A DNA stretch of 64,000 nucleotides from Alphaproteobacteria bacterium (GTDB lineage Bacteria; Pseudomonadota; Alphaproteobacteria; SHVV01), in the NCBI GenBank assembly GCA_965261735.1, contig OZ253470.1, positions 4,864,001 through 4,928,000 on the forward strand. The letters are read 5' to 3'. A model generated the notes under the pieces. That model was not told the origin of the DNA, did no database searches, and worked only from the letters and a program-made list of their open reading frames with translations. Shown one piece after another: positions 31,510 through 40,558 of the stretch (position 1 is the first letter of the stretch; each line of letters opens with the position of its first letter). The translations under genes and the position numbers were made by a program.

Positions 31510-32903
31510 GGCTGTGTCTCGAAAGTGGTGGAAATTTGAGGATGGCGTAATCTCCGGGTGACAAGACAACCACCCAATCGGCGGCTAGCACCGCCAAGGA
31601 GATCACGCCATGAAGAACACTACCGAGACTTCCGCGCTTTCGCTACTGGCCAATGACGCCGGCTATGATCCGCTCGAGGACCGGCTGCGGGAGAACATCA
31701 GATCCACGATCGAGGCCGTTTTTGAGGAGGAACTTGCGCAGTTTCTCGGGCGCTGCCGATACGGTCGAGAGGACGCGCTTCGGCAAGGGTATCGGAACGG
31801 GCACCGGGAGCGGCAACTGACGGGGACATTCGGGACCGAGAGGGTGAGCGTGCCGCGTGCGCGGATCGTTGAGGAAGACGGTCGGGCGTCGGAATGGCGT
31901 TCGCGGGCGCTGCCGCGCTACCAGCGGCTGACCAGAAAGGCCGAGGCGCTGATCGCTTCGGTGTATCTGTCCGGAACCAACACGCGGCGGGTGAAACGCG
32001 CGCTGTTCGGGCTCTTCCGGGGTGCTGTGAGCAAGGACGTTGTGAGCCGGGCGTGGCGCAAGGTGAAGGTCGATTGGGACGCCTGGTGCAGCCGTGGCCT
32101 CGCGGATGAGGATATCGTTCGGCTGATCCTTGACGGCACTGTGATCAAGACCCGACTGGACCGCAAGGCCACCAACATCTCGGTTCTCGCGGCTATAGGG
32201 GTGCGCCGGGATGGCCAGAAGGTCTTGCTTTCGATCGGGAATATGGGCGGAGAAAGCCAGGCGGCGTGGCGCCAGTTCCTCGACGACCTTGATGCGCGTG
32301 GACTGAAACGGCCCGGGTTTGTCATCGTCGATGGCGCGCCGGGACTGGAGGCGGCTCTGTCGGCGCTTTGGGGCGATGACCTTCCCGTTCAACGCTGCAC
32401 CGTGCACAAGCACCGCAACCTTCTGGGTCATGCTCCCAAACACATGCATGACGAGCTGAGCGAAGATTACCGCGATATGATCTATGCCGACACTGCCTCC
32501 GAGGTGGAAACCCGCCGCAAGGCGTTTGTCCGCAAGTGGCGGCTGAAATGCAGGGCCGTCGCGGACAGCCTCGCAGAAGCGGGCGACAAGCTCTTTACCT
32601 TCACGCGCCTGTCCAAGAGCCAATGGAAATCAGCCCGAACGACCAACGCCATTGAGCGTCTCAACGAGGAGTTCAAGCGCCGGATCAAAACACAGACCGT
32701 GCTGCCGTGTCCCGAAACAGTGCCGATGCTCCTCTGGGCACTCCTCGCTTCCGGCCAAATCCAGATGCGCAAAGTCGATGGATGGGAAACCCTCGATCAG
32801 CTAATCGCCGACGAAACCCTTGACCGCGCAGCCTGACCGCCGCAAAACTCAACCCGCTCGGAGAGGCGCCAAAACCAATTTCCACCACTTTCGAGACACA
32901 ACC
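31510..32903 (+). mobile_element. IS256-family element
   Basis: TIR GG(C/T)TGTGTCTCGAAAGTGGTGGAAATT; 8-bp TSD CAGCGCCA (31502-31509, 32904-32911). Confidence 0.92.
31610..32836 (+). CDS. IS256-family (Mutator) transposase, intact
   Basis: YRNG, LILDG, VIVDG, QRCTVH, RTTNAIERLNEE motifs. Confidence 0.93.
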   Translation: MKNTTETSALSLLANDAGYDPLEDRLRENIRSTIEAVFEEELAQFLGRCRYGREDALRQGYRNGHRERQLTGTFGTERVSVPRARIVEEDGRASEWRSRALPRYQRLTRKAEALIASVYLSGTNTRRVKRALFGLFRGAVSKDVVSRAWRKVKVDWDAWCSRGLADEDIVRLILDGTVIKTRLDRKATNISVLAAIGVRRDGQKVLLSIGNMGGESQAAWRQFLDDLDARGLKRPGFVIVDGAPGLEAALSALWGDDLPVQRCTVHKHRNLLGHAPKHMHDELSEDYRDMIYADTASEVETRRKAFVRKWRLKCRAVADSLAEAGDKLFTFTRLSKSQWKSARTTNAIERLNEEFKRRIKTQTVLPCPETVPMLLWALLASGQIQMRKVDGWETLDQLIADETLDRAA

Positions 32904-33196
32904 CAGCGCCAGACACAGGTCTTGGACTTGCCGGTCTCGGCCATGATCGACGAGTTCCCGAGCCCCTCGTCGCTCTTCAGGATGATCCGCGCCCGCCAGA
33001 CATGTTTCTGCGAGCTCTTCGGGTCCGCGACGATAGCTTGCAATCGCTGACGGTCGCCAGACGTGACAGTAAAATGGATGCCGGTGCGCATAGCACAGAC
33101 TCGCATGACACCGCACAATACGGAATCTCAAATCGGACTCTTTCGTTCCGATCAATCCACTAGAATGGGTGCAACCCGGATATAGGGGAGCGCGCC

Positions 33197-34216
33197 ATGG
33201 ATGTTCTCGACCGCGCCGATCTCCCATTCCCGCATTCGCTACCCGAGTTCCAGCGACTTTTCCCCGATGATGCGGCCTGCGCCGCCTACCTGGAGAAAGC
33301 CCGCTGGGGAGACGGCTTTGCCTGCCCGCACTGCGGCACGGCGGGAGAGCCGTTCCACTTTGAAAACCGCCCTGGCGTCCTGCGCTGCCGCAAGTGCCGC
33401 CAGAACACCGGGCTGACGGTGGGAACAGTGATGGAGCGTAGCCACACTCCGCTGAACGTCTGGTTCTGGGCCGCTTATCTGGTCGCCAGTCAGACGCCCG
33501 GCATGTCCGCCGTGCAGTTTCAGCGGCAACTTGGTCTTTCGCGCTACGAGACGGCCTTTCAAATTCTCCACAAGCTCCGCTCGGGCATGGTGCGGCCCAA
33601 CCAAGACAGGATCGGTGGACAGCCCAAGAACCATGTTGAGGTGGACGAAACCTGGGTTGGCGGGCGAACGCGTGGGGAAGGCCGTGGTGTTCACCACAAG
33701 GTTCCCGTCTCCTGTGCCATCGAGGTGCGTCATCGAAAGCCGGGCACCAAGCTCGACAACCGGAAAGACGGACGCTATGTCGGACGCGTTCGGCTCGCCG
33801 TCGTGCTCGACCGTAGCGCCGAGTCGCTCTGTGGGTTCGTCGAGAGCACCGTCGCGCCGGGATCGCTGATCGTTACTGACGATTGGAGCGGCTACGCTGG
33901 CCTCGGTAAGCGCGGCTATGAGCACTTCGCTGTTGCCGAGTGTGGTGATCCAGAGGTTGCCGAGCAATACCTGCCGATCATCCATCTGGTTTTCGCCAAC
34001 CTGAAGACGTGGCTGATCGGTATCCACCACGGCGTTAGCCACCAGCACCTACAAGCCTACCTCAACGAGTTCACCTTCCGCTTCAACAGGCGGTTCTACC
34101 CGTTCAACGCCTTCCGCTCATTGCTCGGCATCGCGGGCGACACCTCTGCTCCAACCTATGCCGAGCTTTACTCGGGAGAGTGGCGGCACCCTACATGTAG
34201 CGGTCATGGGCGTTAA
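33197..34216 (+). CDS. IS1595-family transposase (element B copy 1)
   Basis: Zn ribbon CPHC..CRKC, EVDETWVGG, VTDDW, YLNEFTFRFNRR. Confidence 0.92.
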   Translation: MDVLDRADLPFPHSLPEFQRLFPDDAACAAYLEKARWGDGFACPHCGTAGEPFHFENRPGVLRCRKCRQNTGLTVGTVMERSHTPLNVWFWAAYLVASQTPGMSAVQFQRQLGLSRYETAFQILHKLRSGMVRPNQDRIGGQPKNHVEVDETWVGGRTRGEGRGVHHKVPVSCAIEVRHRKPGTKLDNRKDGRYVGRVRLAVVLDRSAESLCGFVESTVAPGSLIVTDDWSGYAGLGKRGYEHFAVAECGDPEVAEQYLPIIHLVFANLKTWLIGIHHGVSHQHLQAYLNEFTFRFNRRFYPFNAFRSLLGIAGDTSAPTYAELYSGEWRHPTCSGHGR

Positions 34217-35028
34217 CCGGATAGGCAAGGGACAACGTTCGCCATTACGTCGCCGTCTCGTTCCAGCATCCCGAACACGACCGTCTTGTTCGGGGCACCG
34301 CGACCGCGCTTCCCGCCAGTCGTACGACCGCCGACATAGGTTTCGTCCGCTTCAACATTGCCGCTAAGGGGAGTTTCCCCATCAACGTCCGCCATGTACT
34401 TGCGAAGTTCATGACCCATGCGCCACGCGCATTTGTAAGTCACGCCGAGTTGGCGCTGAAGCTCTTTCGCCGCGACGCCATGGCGGGTCGTGGTGAACAG
34501 GTACATGGCATAGAACCACTTCTGAAGTGGCGTGCGGCTCTTTGCAAATGGGGTGCCAACCATCGGGTGAATGTGGTGGCCGCAGCGCGGGCACGAATAG
34601 GCGGGCTCTTTGCGAAGACGGTAGAACCTACCAACCTTCCCGCATTTCTCGCACTCGACCTCATCCCCAAACCGGATATTCCGAAGATGCTCCAAGCAAG
34701 CATCGTCGGTAGGGAACTGGCGGAAGAAGTCGGTAACGGTGAATGTCATGGCATTGCCTCCTGACACTCAATATATAGGAACTCAATCGACGGACTTCAA
34801 TGGGATAATCACGTACTTCTATATTGTAATATCGATCCACTCCTTATGAGTTCCGAAAGCCAAGGTCTTAATTTCGTACTGAATAATTCCGTTGTGAGCC
34901 GTCCGCCTATAGAAATTCTTAATCTTTTGTCTTCAACAGATTGTTTTACAGGGTGCGCATCGGAGTGCAGTGGATTGGCGCTGAGAGCGGCTGCAACATT
35001 CGCGTCTATGATGATGGTGCACACTACC

Positions 35029-36105
35029 CTATATCCCAAATACTCTTTTTTCCTCAGATAGAAAGAAGGTCCGATAAGATCGAGGCGCATTGGTTATGTT
35101 GCCATTCTCGTCCAATCGTAATTCGTGGATTACCACTTCTGAATTGTCTCTCTCGAAATATAGTATTGAAATATCATCATGACTTATTCCAATATCACGA
35201 TCTCGTACCTCCATTCTAATTCTATCGATAAGATGATCGCTATGAGTTTCGATAATGACCTTATTATCTGTATCGTGCGCAAAGCGAGTAAGGAAGGTGG
35301 CAAGCTCCGCTTGTGCGCTCGGATGCAGGTGAATTTCCGGTTGTTGCAGCAAATAAAAACGGTTGTTTATTCCCGCAATTAGATCGACGACGATAGGCAA
35401 CACCTGGCTCACGCCATAACCAACATCTATCAAATTTGTATTTGGTCCAGCGATTTTTAGCAAGATTTGGAAAGAGTCACTGTCAGTATGCCCCAGCGTC
35501 TTTAAAGTCAATTTCTCAAATAAACCCGAGTCGCGACCAAACTTGTCTACGGTTTGTTTGGTTTCAGTCCACCGGTCCTTGTCGGCATATTTCATTTTTG
35601 CCAACAGCATTGGTACGTGCACTCCCTCGGCTTTTGGAGTATCGTCGATTGAGTCATATGCTCTCGCTGGTTTACTGCGGACGAGAGCGAGCGCATACGG
35701 CTCAAGCAATAGCGAGTTTGCGGCTTCCTGAAAGTATGACCCCAGCTTTCCAGCGGACTCCTTGGGAAGGTTCTTCAATTCACCGTCATCTTCGGAAAAA
35801 AAGCCGGACGTTGGAGATCAAGAACTTAAGAGAAAAGGGATTCTCCCAATAACCCACAAAAAGACGAGAGAACCTTATAAATATCTCTCCGGGTAGTTCC
35901 CATGTTTCCTGAGGGATTCGGAGAATAAGGCGTGCAATTTCCTTGTTTACGATCCTCGTTTTAAATCCGTAATCCTCGCTCTCGAAACTAAACGTCGCTA
36001 ATGAAGGTTGGGAGCCGCGTTTAACAAATTGGGCGGTGAATAAGGCTGCGCGCGCCCTTGAAGGCCGATGCGGGTCAAAAAAGTGGTTGTGACACTAATT
36101 TCAAA
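35029..36105 (-). pseudogene. ABC-type (AAA_15/AAA_21, DUF3696-like tail) ATPase, frameshifted and 5'-truncated
   Basis: DVGYGVSQVLP signature, LLQQPEIHLHP Walker B, IETHS H-loop; upstream frame continues across homopolymer frameshifts (A7 at 35796-35802; A6 near 36080) to the IS boundary; Walker A missing. Confidence 0.8.
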
Positions 36106-36152
36106 CGCGATTGTCAACTTAACACGTCACGGCGGGCGAGTACGCTTCGGGC

Positions 36153-36593
36153 ATGGACCAGAGCAAGATTCTCCTGGGCAAGGCCCTGTACGTGGTGCGG
36201 CTTCTGGGCTGGTTGTTGTTCTTCGGAGGTCTCGTATGGAGCGTCGTCTCATGGATTTGGGGCGGAGGCTTGAAGGAGTTGAGCACACCGGAATATGCCG
36301 CCTTCACTGCCATGTTCAGTGTGGCGTTCATTCATATGAGCTGGCATCTGCACCAGCCTTTCCGCCCATCCAATCGCTTGGGAGGTATGACCGATGAATT
36401 CACCAGCGTGCGGGTCAGTCTTGAATGGTATGTGAACCCCGGCCGAATTGGGCAGGTAGAAATAGAAGGGCGTGATGAGGAAAACGCTCGCAAACTAGCG
36501 AGAGCTTTAGACGGATTACGTATTCCCCATCCACCTGTGACAGAAGGGGATCACTGCGGGCTGGCACAAATTTCTCGTCCGCCTTGGTGCTGA
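36153..36593 (+). CDS. Cargo membrane protein of element C (two TM helices), unknown function
   Basis: Hydrophobic segments LLGWLLFFGGLVWSVVSWIW and YAAFTAMFSVAFI; TTAACA..TACGCT promoter-like motif starting in the TIR. Confidence 0.6.
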   Translation: MDQSKILLGKALYVVRLLGWLLFFGGLVWSVVSWIWGGGLKELSTPEYAAFTAMFSVAFIHMSWHLHQPFRPSNRLGGMTDEFTSVRVSLEWYVNPGRIGQVEIEGRDEENARKLARALDGLRIPHPPVTEGDHCGLAQISRPPWC

Positions 36594-36658
36594 AGCGAGA
36601 GTTCGGAACATACGCGGCGCTCGGCGCCTATGGGGAAAGATGCAATCGGAGGCGGGCG

Positions 36659-36904
36659 GTGAATAAAGACAATGCCTATCCGCCCGAGATCGCATGGCAA
36701 CGCTTCGATGCGCTCTTGGACCGGATGCTTAGAAGCGGGCCACCAGATCGCCAAACATCGTTCCAGGCCGCTTCCGGCGGTTATAGCGATACTCAAACTC
36801 CTTCACATACTTCTGAAGGTGCTTCCCGGACACATGAACGTGCGTCCCGCGAATCGACAGCTTCAACCGCGCCCAAAAGCCCTCAATCGAGTTCACATGG
36901 GTAG
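36659..36904 (+). CDS. Small protein overlapping the element C transposase 3' end in antisense
   Basis: GGAGG SD + GTG; ..WQRFDALLDRMLRSGPP..; counterpart of 30105-30395. Confidence 0.5.
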   Translation: MNKDNAYPPEIAWQRFDALLDRMLRSGPPDRQTSFQAASGGYSDTQTPSHTSEGASRTHERASRESTASTAPKSPQSSSHG

Positions 36905-37583
36905 AGCTGCGCGCGTACTGGCCCGCGCTGTGGTTGACGGTCTGGTGCGTATACCCAATCGTCGCCAATCCGCTGTAAGACTTGAGTTCGTCAGTATGAA
37001 CGGTGCTACCCGGCTCGACGTTCTCGGAGATAAACGCCTGCAAAGTCCGCTTTCGAACGTTCGGGACAACGTTCGCCATCACGTCGCCGTCGCGCTCCAG
37101 CATCCCGAACACCACGGTCTTGTTCAGAGCGCCGCGACCGCGCTTGCCACCGGTCGTACGGCCACCAACATAGGTCTCGTCGGCTTCAATATCGCCGTCC
37201 AGCGGCCACTCTCCGTCAGTATTAGCCATGTGCTTGCGGATCAAATGGCCCATGCGCCAAGCCGTGGGATAGGACACGTCAAGTTGGCGCTCCAGTTCCT
37301 TCGCGGGGACGCCGTGGCGCGATGTGGTGAACAGGAATATGGCGTAGAACCACTTGTGAAGCGGCAGATGCGTGCGGTGCATGAATGTGCCTGCGCACGG
37401 ATAAATGTGGTGTTTGCAGTGCTGGCAGAGATACGCGCGATCACGTGCCAGGCGGTAGAACTTCCCATGCGCCCCGCACTTCGGGCAGTCAATCTCGGTG
37501 CCGCCGTAACGCTTCACCATTATGTGGTGAAGGCACGCCTCGTCATCGGGAAACTGCTGCTGAAAATCGTAGAAAGTCGTCAT
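36729..37583 (-). CDS. IS1595-family transposase (element C), intact
   Basis: AGGAGG SD; CPKC..CQHC, EADETYVGG, HTDE, HVNSIEGFW, EFEYRYN. Confidence 0.93.
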   Translation of the reverse strand: MTTFYDFQQQFPDDEACLHHIMVKRYGGTEIDCPKCGAHGKFYRLARDRAYLCQHCKHHIYPCAGTFMHRTHLPLHKWFYAIFLFTTSRHGVPAKELERQLDVSYPTAWRMGHLIRKHMANTDGEWPLDGDIEADETYVGGRTTGGKRGRGALNKTVVFGMLERDGDVMANVVPNVRKRTLQAFISENVEPGSTVHTDELKSYSGLATIGYTHQTVNHSAGQYARSSTHVNSIEGFWARLKLSIRGTHVHVSGKHLQKYVKEFEYRYNRRKRPGTMFGDLVARF

Positions 37584-38291
37584 TATTTCCTCCTGTCCCC
37601 TGCATATGGGGATTGAGACGTGACGTGTCAAGTTGATAATCGTGAAAGAAAATGACCCTTCCATTCCGTGGCCTCGATCGTGATTCCTGGATCTGTCGAA
37701 CGCGGGCGATGTGCTTGCCATTAAGCAGTAAATCACCGCTCGGTCTGTGATGGACGTACCGGGACCGGCGAGGCCGGAGTACGCCGATAGCGGACCGTTC
37801 GGCGGGTGACGAGATCGCGGCGCCGGCGTGGCCGCCGCCGCGTTGGTGCGAAGGTTTGCCACGAATCGACCCTCTTAACAAGTGAGATGTCCCCGACGCA
37901 CCACGCGTAAATCATGCGAACGTGATGTCGCACGGTGTACGTTTTTGCTAGGTTGGTGATATGCGATACGCACAGTTGTTCGTCCTCGTATTGGTAGCCG
38001 CGGCGGATTTCGCCGAGGGGCTGGAAGCCTACGACGGCGGTGACTACCCGCGTGCCGTCGAGATCTGGCGGTCGCTCGCGACTGGCGGCGACGCCGAGGC
38101 GCAGGTCGCGCTCGCCGGGCTTTACGTCAAGGGAGTCGGCGTCACTACCGACGCAAGCAAAGCGGCAAGCTTGTATAGGGCGGCGGCAGAGCAGGGCAAC
38201 GCCGATGCCCAACTTAACCTCGGCGACATGCTGGCCCGAGGTCATGGAGTCGGTGTCGATCTCGTTGGCGCCTACAGCTGGCTGACCCTAG

Positions 38292-39938
38292 GAGCGTGCG
38301 CCGCAGAAAGGTCCGCGCGGCAAAGTTGATAGCGGACGGGTTGTGGGTGGATTTGCGCAGGGGGAAGTATGATCCGATACGCCAGTTGCGTGTGGGAACT
38401 CCCGATGCCGACCACGTTTCGTGCCTACCAGCCGGACCAACCCTTGCTTTTGCCGCCGGACTTGCAGGAGTGGGTTTCCCCAGGGCACCTGGCTCATCAC
38501 GTCAGCGATGTGGTCGATGCACTGGACTTGACGGCGTTCTATGCGCCCTACGAGGGGGACGGTCGACGCAACGCCCCCTACGAGCCGTCGATGATGGTCA
38601 AGGTGCTGATCTATGCCTACGCGACGGGCACATTCTCCTCGCGCGCGGTGGCGAGGAAGCTGGAGGAGGATGTAGCGTTTAGGATGCTCGCGGCGGGCAA
38701 CTTCCCGCAACATCGCACGGTATGTGAGTTCCGACGCCGACATCTGGCGGAGTTCAGCGAGCTGTTTGTGGGGGTGGTGCAGGTGGCGCGCGAGATGGGA
38801 CTGGCGCGGTTCGGCAAGCTCTCGGTCGACGGGACGAAGGTGCGAGCGAACGCGAGCAAGCGCAAGGCGATGAGCTATGAGCGGATGGGCAAAGAGGCGG
38901 CTCGCTTGCAGGCGGAGATCGAGGCGCTGCTGACGACGGCGGGGATGGTGGACGCCGAAGAAGACGAGCGTTGGGGCGAGGATTTCCGGGGCGACGAGTT
39001 GCCCGAGGAGTTGCAACGCAGGGAGAAGCGCCTGGCGGCGATCCAGGCAGCCAAAGCGCGTTTGGAGGCGGCGCAACGCGGGCGCGACGATGAGCGCGGG
39101 CGCGAGCCGGGGCAGGACCGCAATCCCCGGGGCGGGCGGCCTTACAAGCGGGCCTACGGCGAGCCCGAGCCGAAGGCGCAGAGCAATTTCACCGATCCCG
39201 AGAGCCAGATCATGAAGACCAGCAGCGAGGGGTTCCAGCAGTGCTACAACGCGCAGATGGCGGTCGATGGGGAGCACCAGATCATCGTCGCGACTCAGGT
39301 GGGGCCACAGGCCAGCGACCAGGGTCAGCTGGTGGGGATGCTCGACGAGATCAACGAGACGTTTGGGGTCGAGCCTGCGGTGGTACTGGCCGATGCGGGC
39401 TACTGCAACGAGCCGGATCTGTTGGAGCTGGAAGATCGCGGCATCGACGCGCACGTAGCGCTGGGGCGTGAAGGCAAGTCCCAGGTGGCGGTCGACCCGG
39501 CCCGGCTCCCTGCCACGCACCGCATGGGTGAGAAACTGGCGAGCCCCGCGGGCAAAGCCCGGTACGCGCAACGCAAGTGGCTCTCGGAGGCGCCGAACGG
39601 GTGGATCAAGGAGGTGCTCGGATTCCGACGATTCAGCCTGCGAGGCTTGGCGAAGGTGCGCGGCGAGTGGGACCTCGTGTGCTTGGCGTTGAACATCAAG
39701 CGGATGGGGACGGTGGCCACGTGCTGAGGCAGGTGCTGGCCTGCCAACGCACTTGATCCGGGGCGCGCAGTGCCCATCGACCGCGTATGAAACGCGAATC
39801 TCTTCCCTTCCGGCCTTCCGGTCTGGGATTTCCATCCCAGAGTCGGGCGGGCCAGATATCCACACTCGGGCCAAAATCCCACCTCTCCGGCGGCCGCGCG
39901 CCAATCGCCCAACATCAAAACTTCTACGGCGCACGCTC
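38292..39938 (+). mobile_element. IS1182-family element
   Basis: TIR GAGCGTGCGCCG(C/T)AGAA; CTAG duplication (38288-38291, 39939-39942). Confidence 0.9.
38405..39727 (+). CDS. IS1182-family transposase, intact
   Basis: DUF772-like YEPSMMVKVLIYAY; VDGTKVRANAS, NFTDPES, LADAGY, KEVLGFRRF. Confidence 0.92.
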   Translation: MPTTFRAYQPDQPLLLPPDLQEWVSPGHLAHHVSDVVDALDLTAFYAPYEGDGRRNAPYEPSMMVKVLIYAYATGTFSSRAVARKLEEDVAFRMLAAGNFPQHRTVCEFRRRHLAEFSELFVGVVQVAREMGLARFGKLSVDGTKVRANASKRKAMSYERMGKEAARLQAEIEALLTTAGMVDAEEDERWGEDFRGDELPEELQRREKRLAAIQAAKARLEAAQRGRDDERGREPGQDRNPRGGRPYKRAYGEPEPKAQSNFTDPESQIMKTSSEGFQQCYNAQMAVDGEHQIIVATQVGPQASDQGQLVGMLDEINETFGVEPAVVLADAGYCNEPDLLELEDRGIDAHVALGREGKSQVAVDPARLPATHRMGEKLASPAGKARYAQRKWLSEAPNGWIKEVLGFRRFSLRGLAKVRGEWDLVCLALNIKRMGTVATC

Positions 39939-40178
39939 CTAGCCTCTCGCGGCGGCCGCCAGTGGGCCGAGGACCGCCGCCGCGATATCGCAGCCACCAT
40001 GACGGAGGCACAGATCGCCGAGGCCGGCGGCCGCGCCGATACCTTCGTCGCCCGCAAAGGAACGCCTTAGGTCGAAGTCGATGGCCCTTGCCAGGGGCCG
40101 CGATTGGGTATCTGCTCGCAACAGGTGCCGGCGATTCGCCCCGCGGGGTCGACCCCGAAGATAAAGGGCGACGGCATC

Positions 40179-40450
40179 ATGCATATGGCCGACAAGACTC
40201 GAGACGGGGGGCCGTCCAGCGCCGTGACTGGGGGCGCACAGGGCGCCCGCGCCCGCGTGACGACCTCGGTTACGATCGCCAAGGAGCTACTCGATCTCCT
40301 CTCGGACGTGGCCATCGTACGGGCCTTCGGGCGCCGGGGCAGCCCTCGGTGTCGGACGTGATCGCAGAGCGCATCACCCGACACCGCCCCTCCCTCGAGC
40401 GCGAAGCGGACAAGCTGAAGCGGATTGAGAGCAAGCGCGCGCCGCGATAG
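40179..40450 (+). pseudogene. Small ribbon-helix-helix-like regulator with a frameshift
   Basis: RVTTSVTIAKELLDLLSDVAI in one frame continues as PSVSDVIAERITRHRPSLERE in another near 40335. Confidence 0.45.
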
Positions 40451-40558
40451 AGCCGATTACCGTGGGATGCCGCGGCTGGGAGACCCGGAGATTGACCGGA
40501 TAAGGTGCGCGGGGTTAGCGTTGTCCGAACAGGACTCAACAAATTTGAAGGCGGCACC

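Larger units (their letters stand above)
30610..33160 (-). mobile_element. IS630-family element (transposase 33091 to 30607, split by IS256)
   Basis: TIR GTGGATTGAT; TA duplication within CTAG; DEKSQIQALDR, DNYAAHK, SWLNAVE motifs. Confidence 0.9.
30572..34229 (+). mobile_element. IS1595-family element B, copy 1 (contains IS630 and IS256)
   Basis: TIRs CTT(T/G)CCTATCCGGTT; 8-bp TSD GGACAACG (30564-30571, 34230-34237). Confidence 0.9.
30229..34749 (-). pseudogene. IS1595 transposase of element A, interrupted by element B, with an internal TAG at 30355-30357
   Basis: N-terminal part MTFTVTDFF..EADETYVGG..DVMANVVP joins C-terminal part NVRKNTLQ..HTDE..HVNGIEGFWARLK..EFEYRYN. Confidence 0.88.
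29396..34813 (-). mobile_element. IS1595-family transporter IS (element A) with cargo and nested IS
   Basis: TIRs CGTGATTATCCCATTGA at both ends; 8-bp TSD TACTTCTA (29388-29395, 34814-34821). Confidence 0.9.
29167..35024 (-). pseudogene. PIN-domain protein split by an IS1595 insertion (29396-34813), with an internal TAA at 29356-29358
   Basis: Removing the element and one TACTTCTA copy restores a ~143-aa frame: MCTIIIDANV..TTELF..YRSKQINQEVRNV*RMGICVSNDTHIIALARVSGVRLLYSHD..DF. Confidence 0.75.
36106..37644 (-). mobile_element. IS1595-family transporter IS (element C), related to element A
   Basis: Imperfect TIRs CGCGATTGTCAACTTAACACGTCACG / CACGATTATCAACTTGACACGTCACG; no 8-bp TSD. Confidence 0.85.
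37961..40070 (+). pseudogene. SEL1-repeat secreted protein interrupted by IS1182
   Basis: GDAEAQVALAGLYVKGVGV and GNADAQLNLG repeats; frame rejoins as WLTL-ASRGGRQWA..GTP* after removing the IS. Confidence 0.85.

Noticed and set aside
36729-37862. 377-aa version of the element C transposase
   Set aside because: The extension crosses the TIR; the real start is the SD-preceded ATG at 37583
37933-37950. Sigma54 promoter upstream of the SEL1 gene
   Set aside because: GG-to-GC spacing is 11 nt, not the required 10
39728-39938. ncRNA in the IS1182 3' non-coding region
   Set aside because: No clear structure or guide-like feature; treated as ordinary IS end sequence
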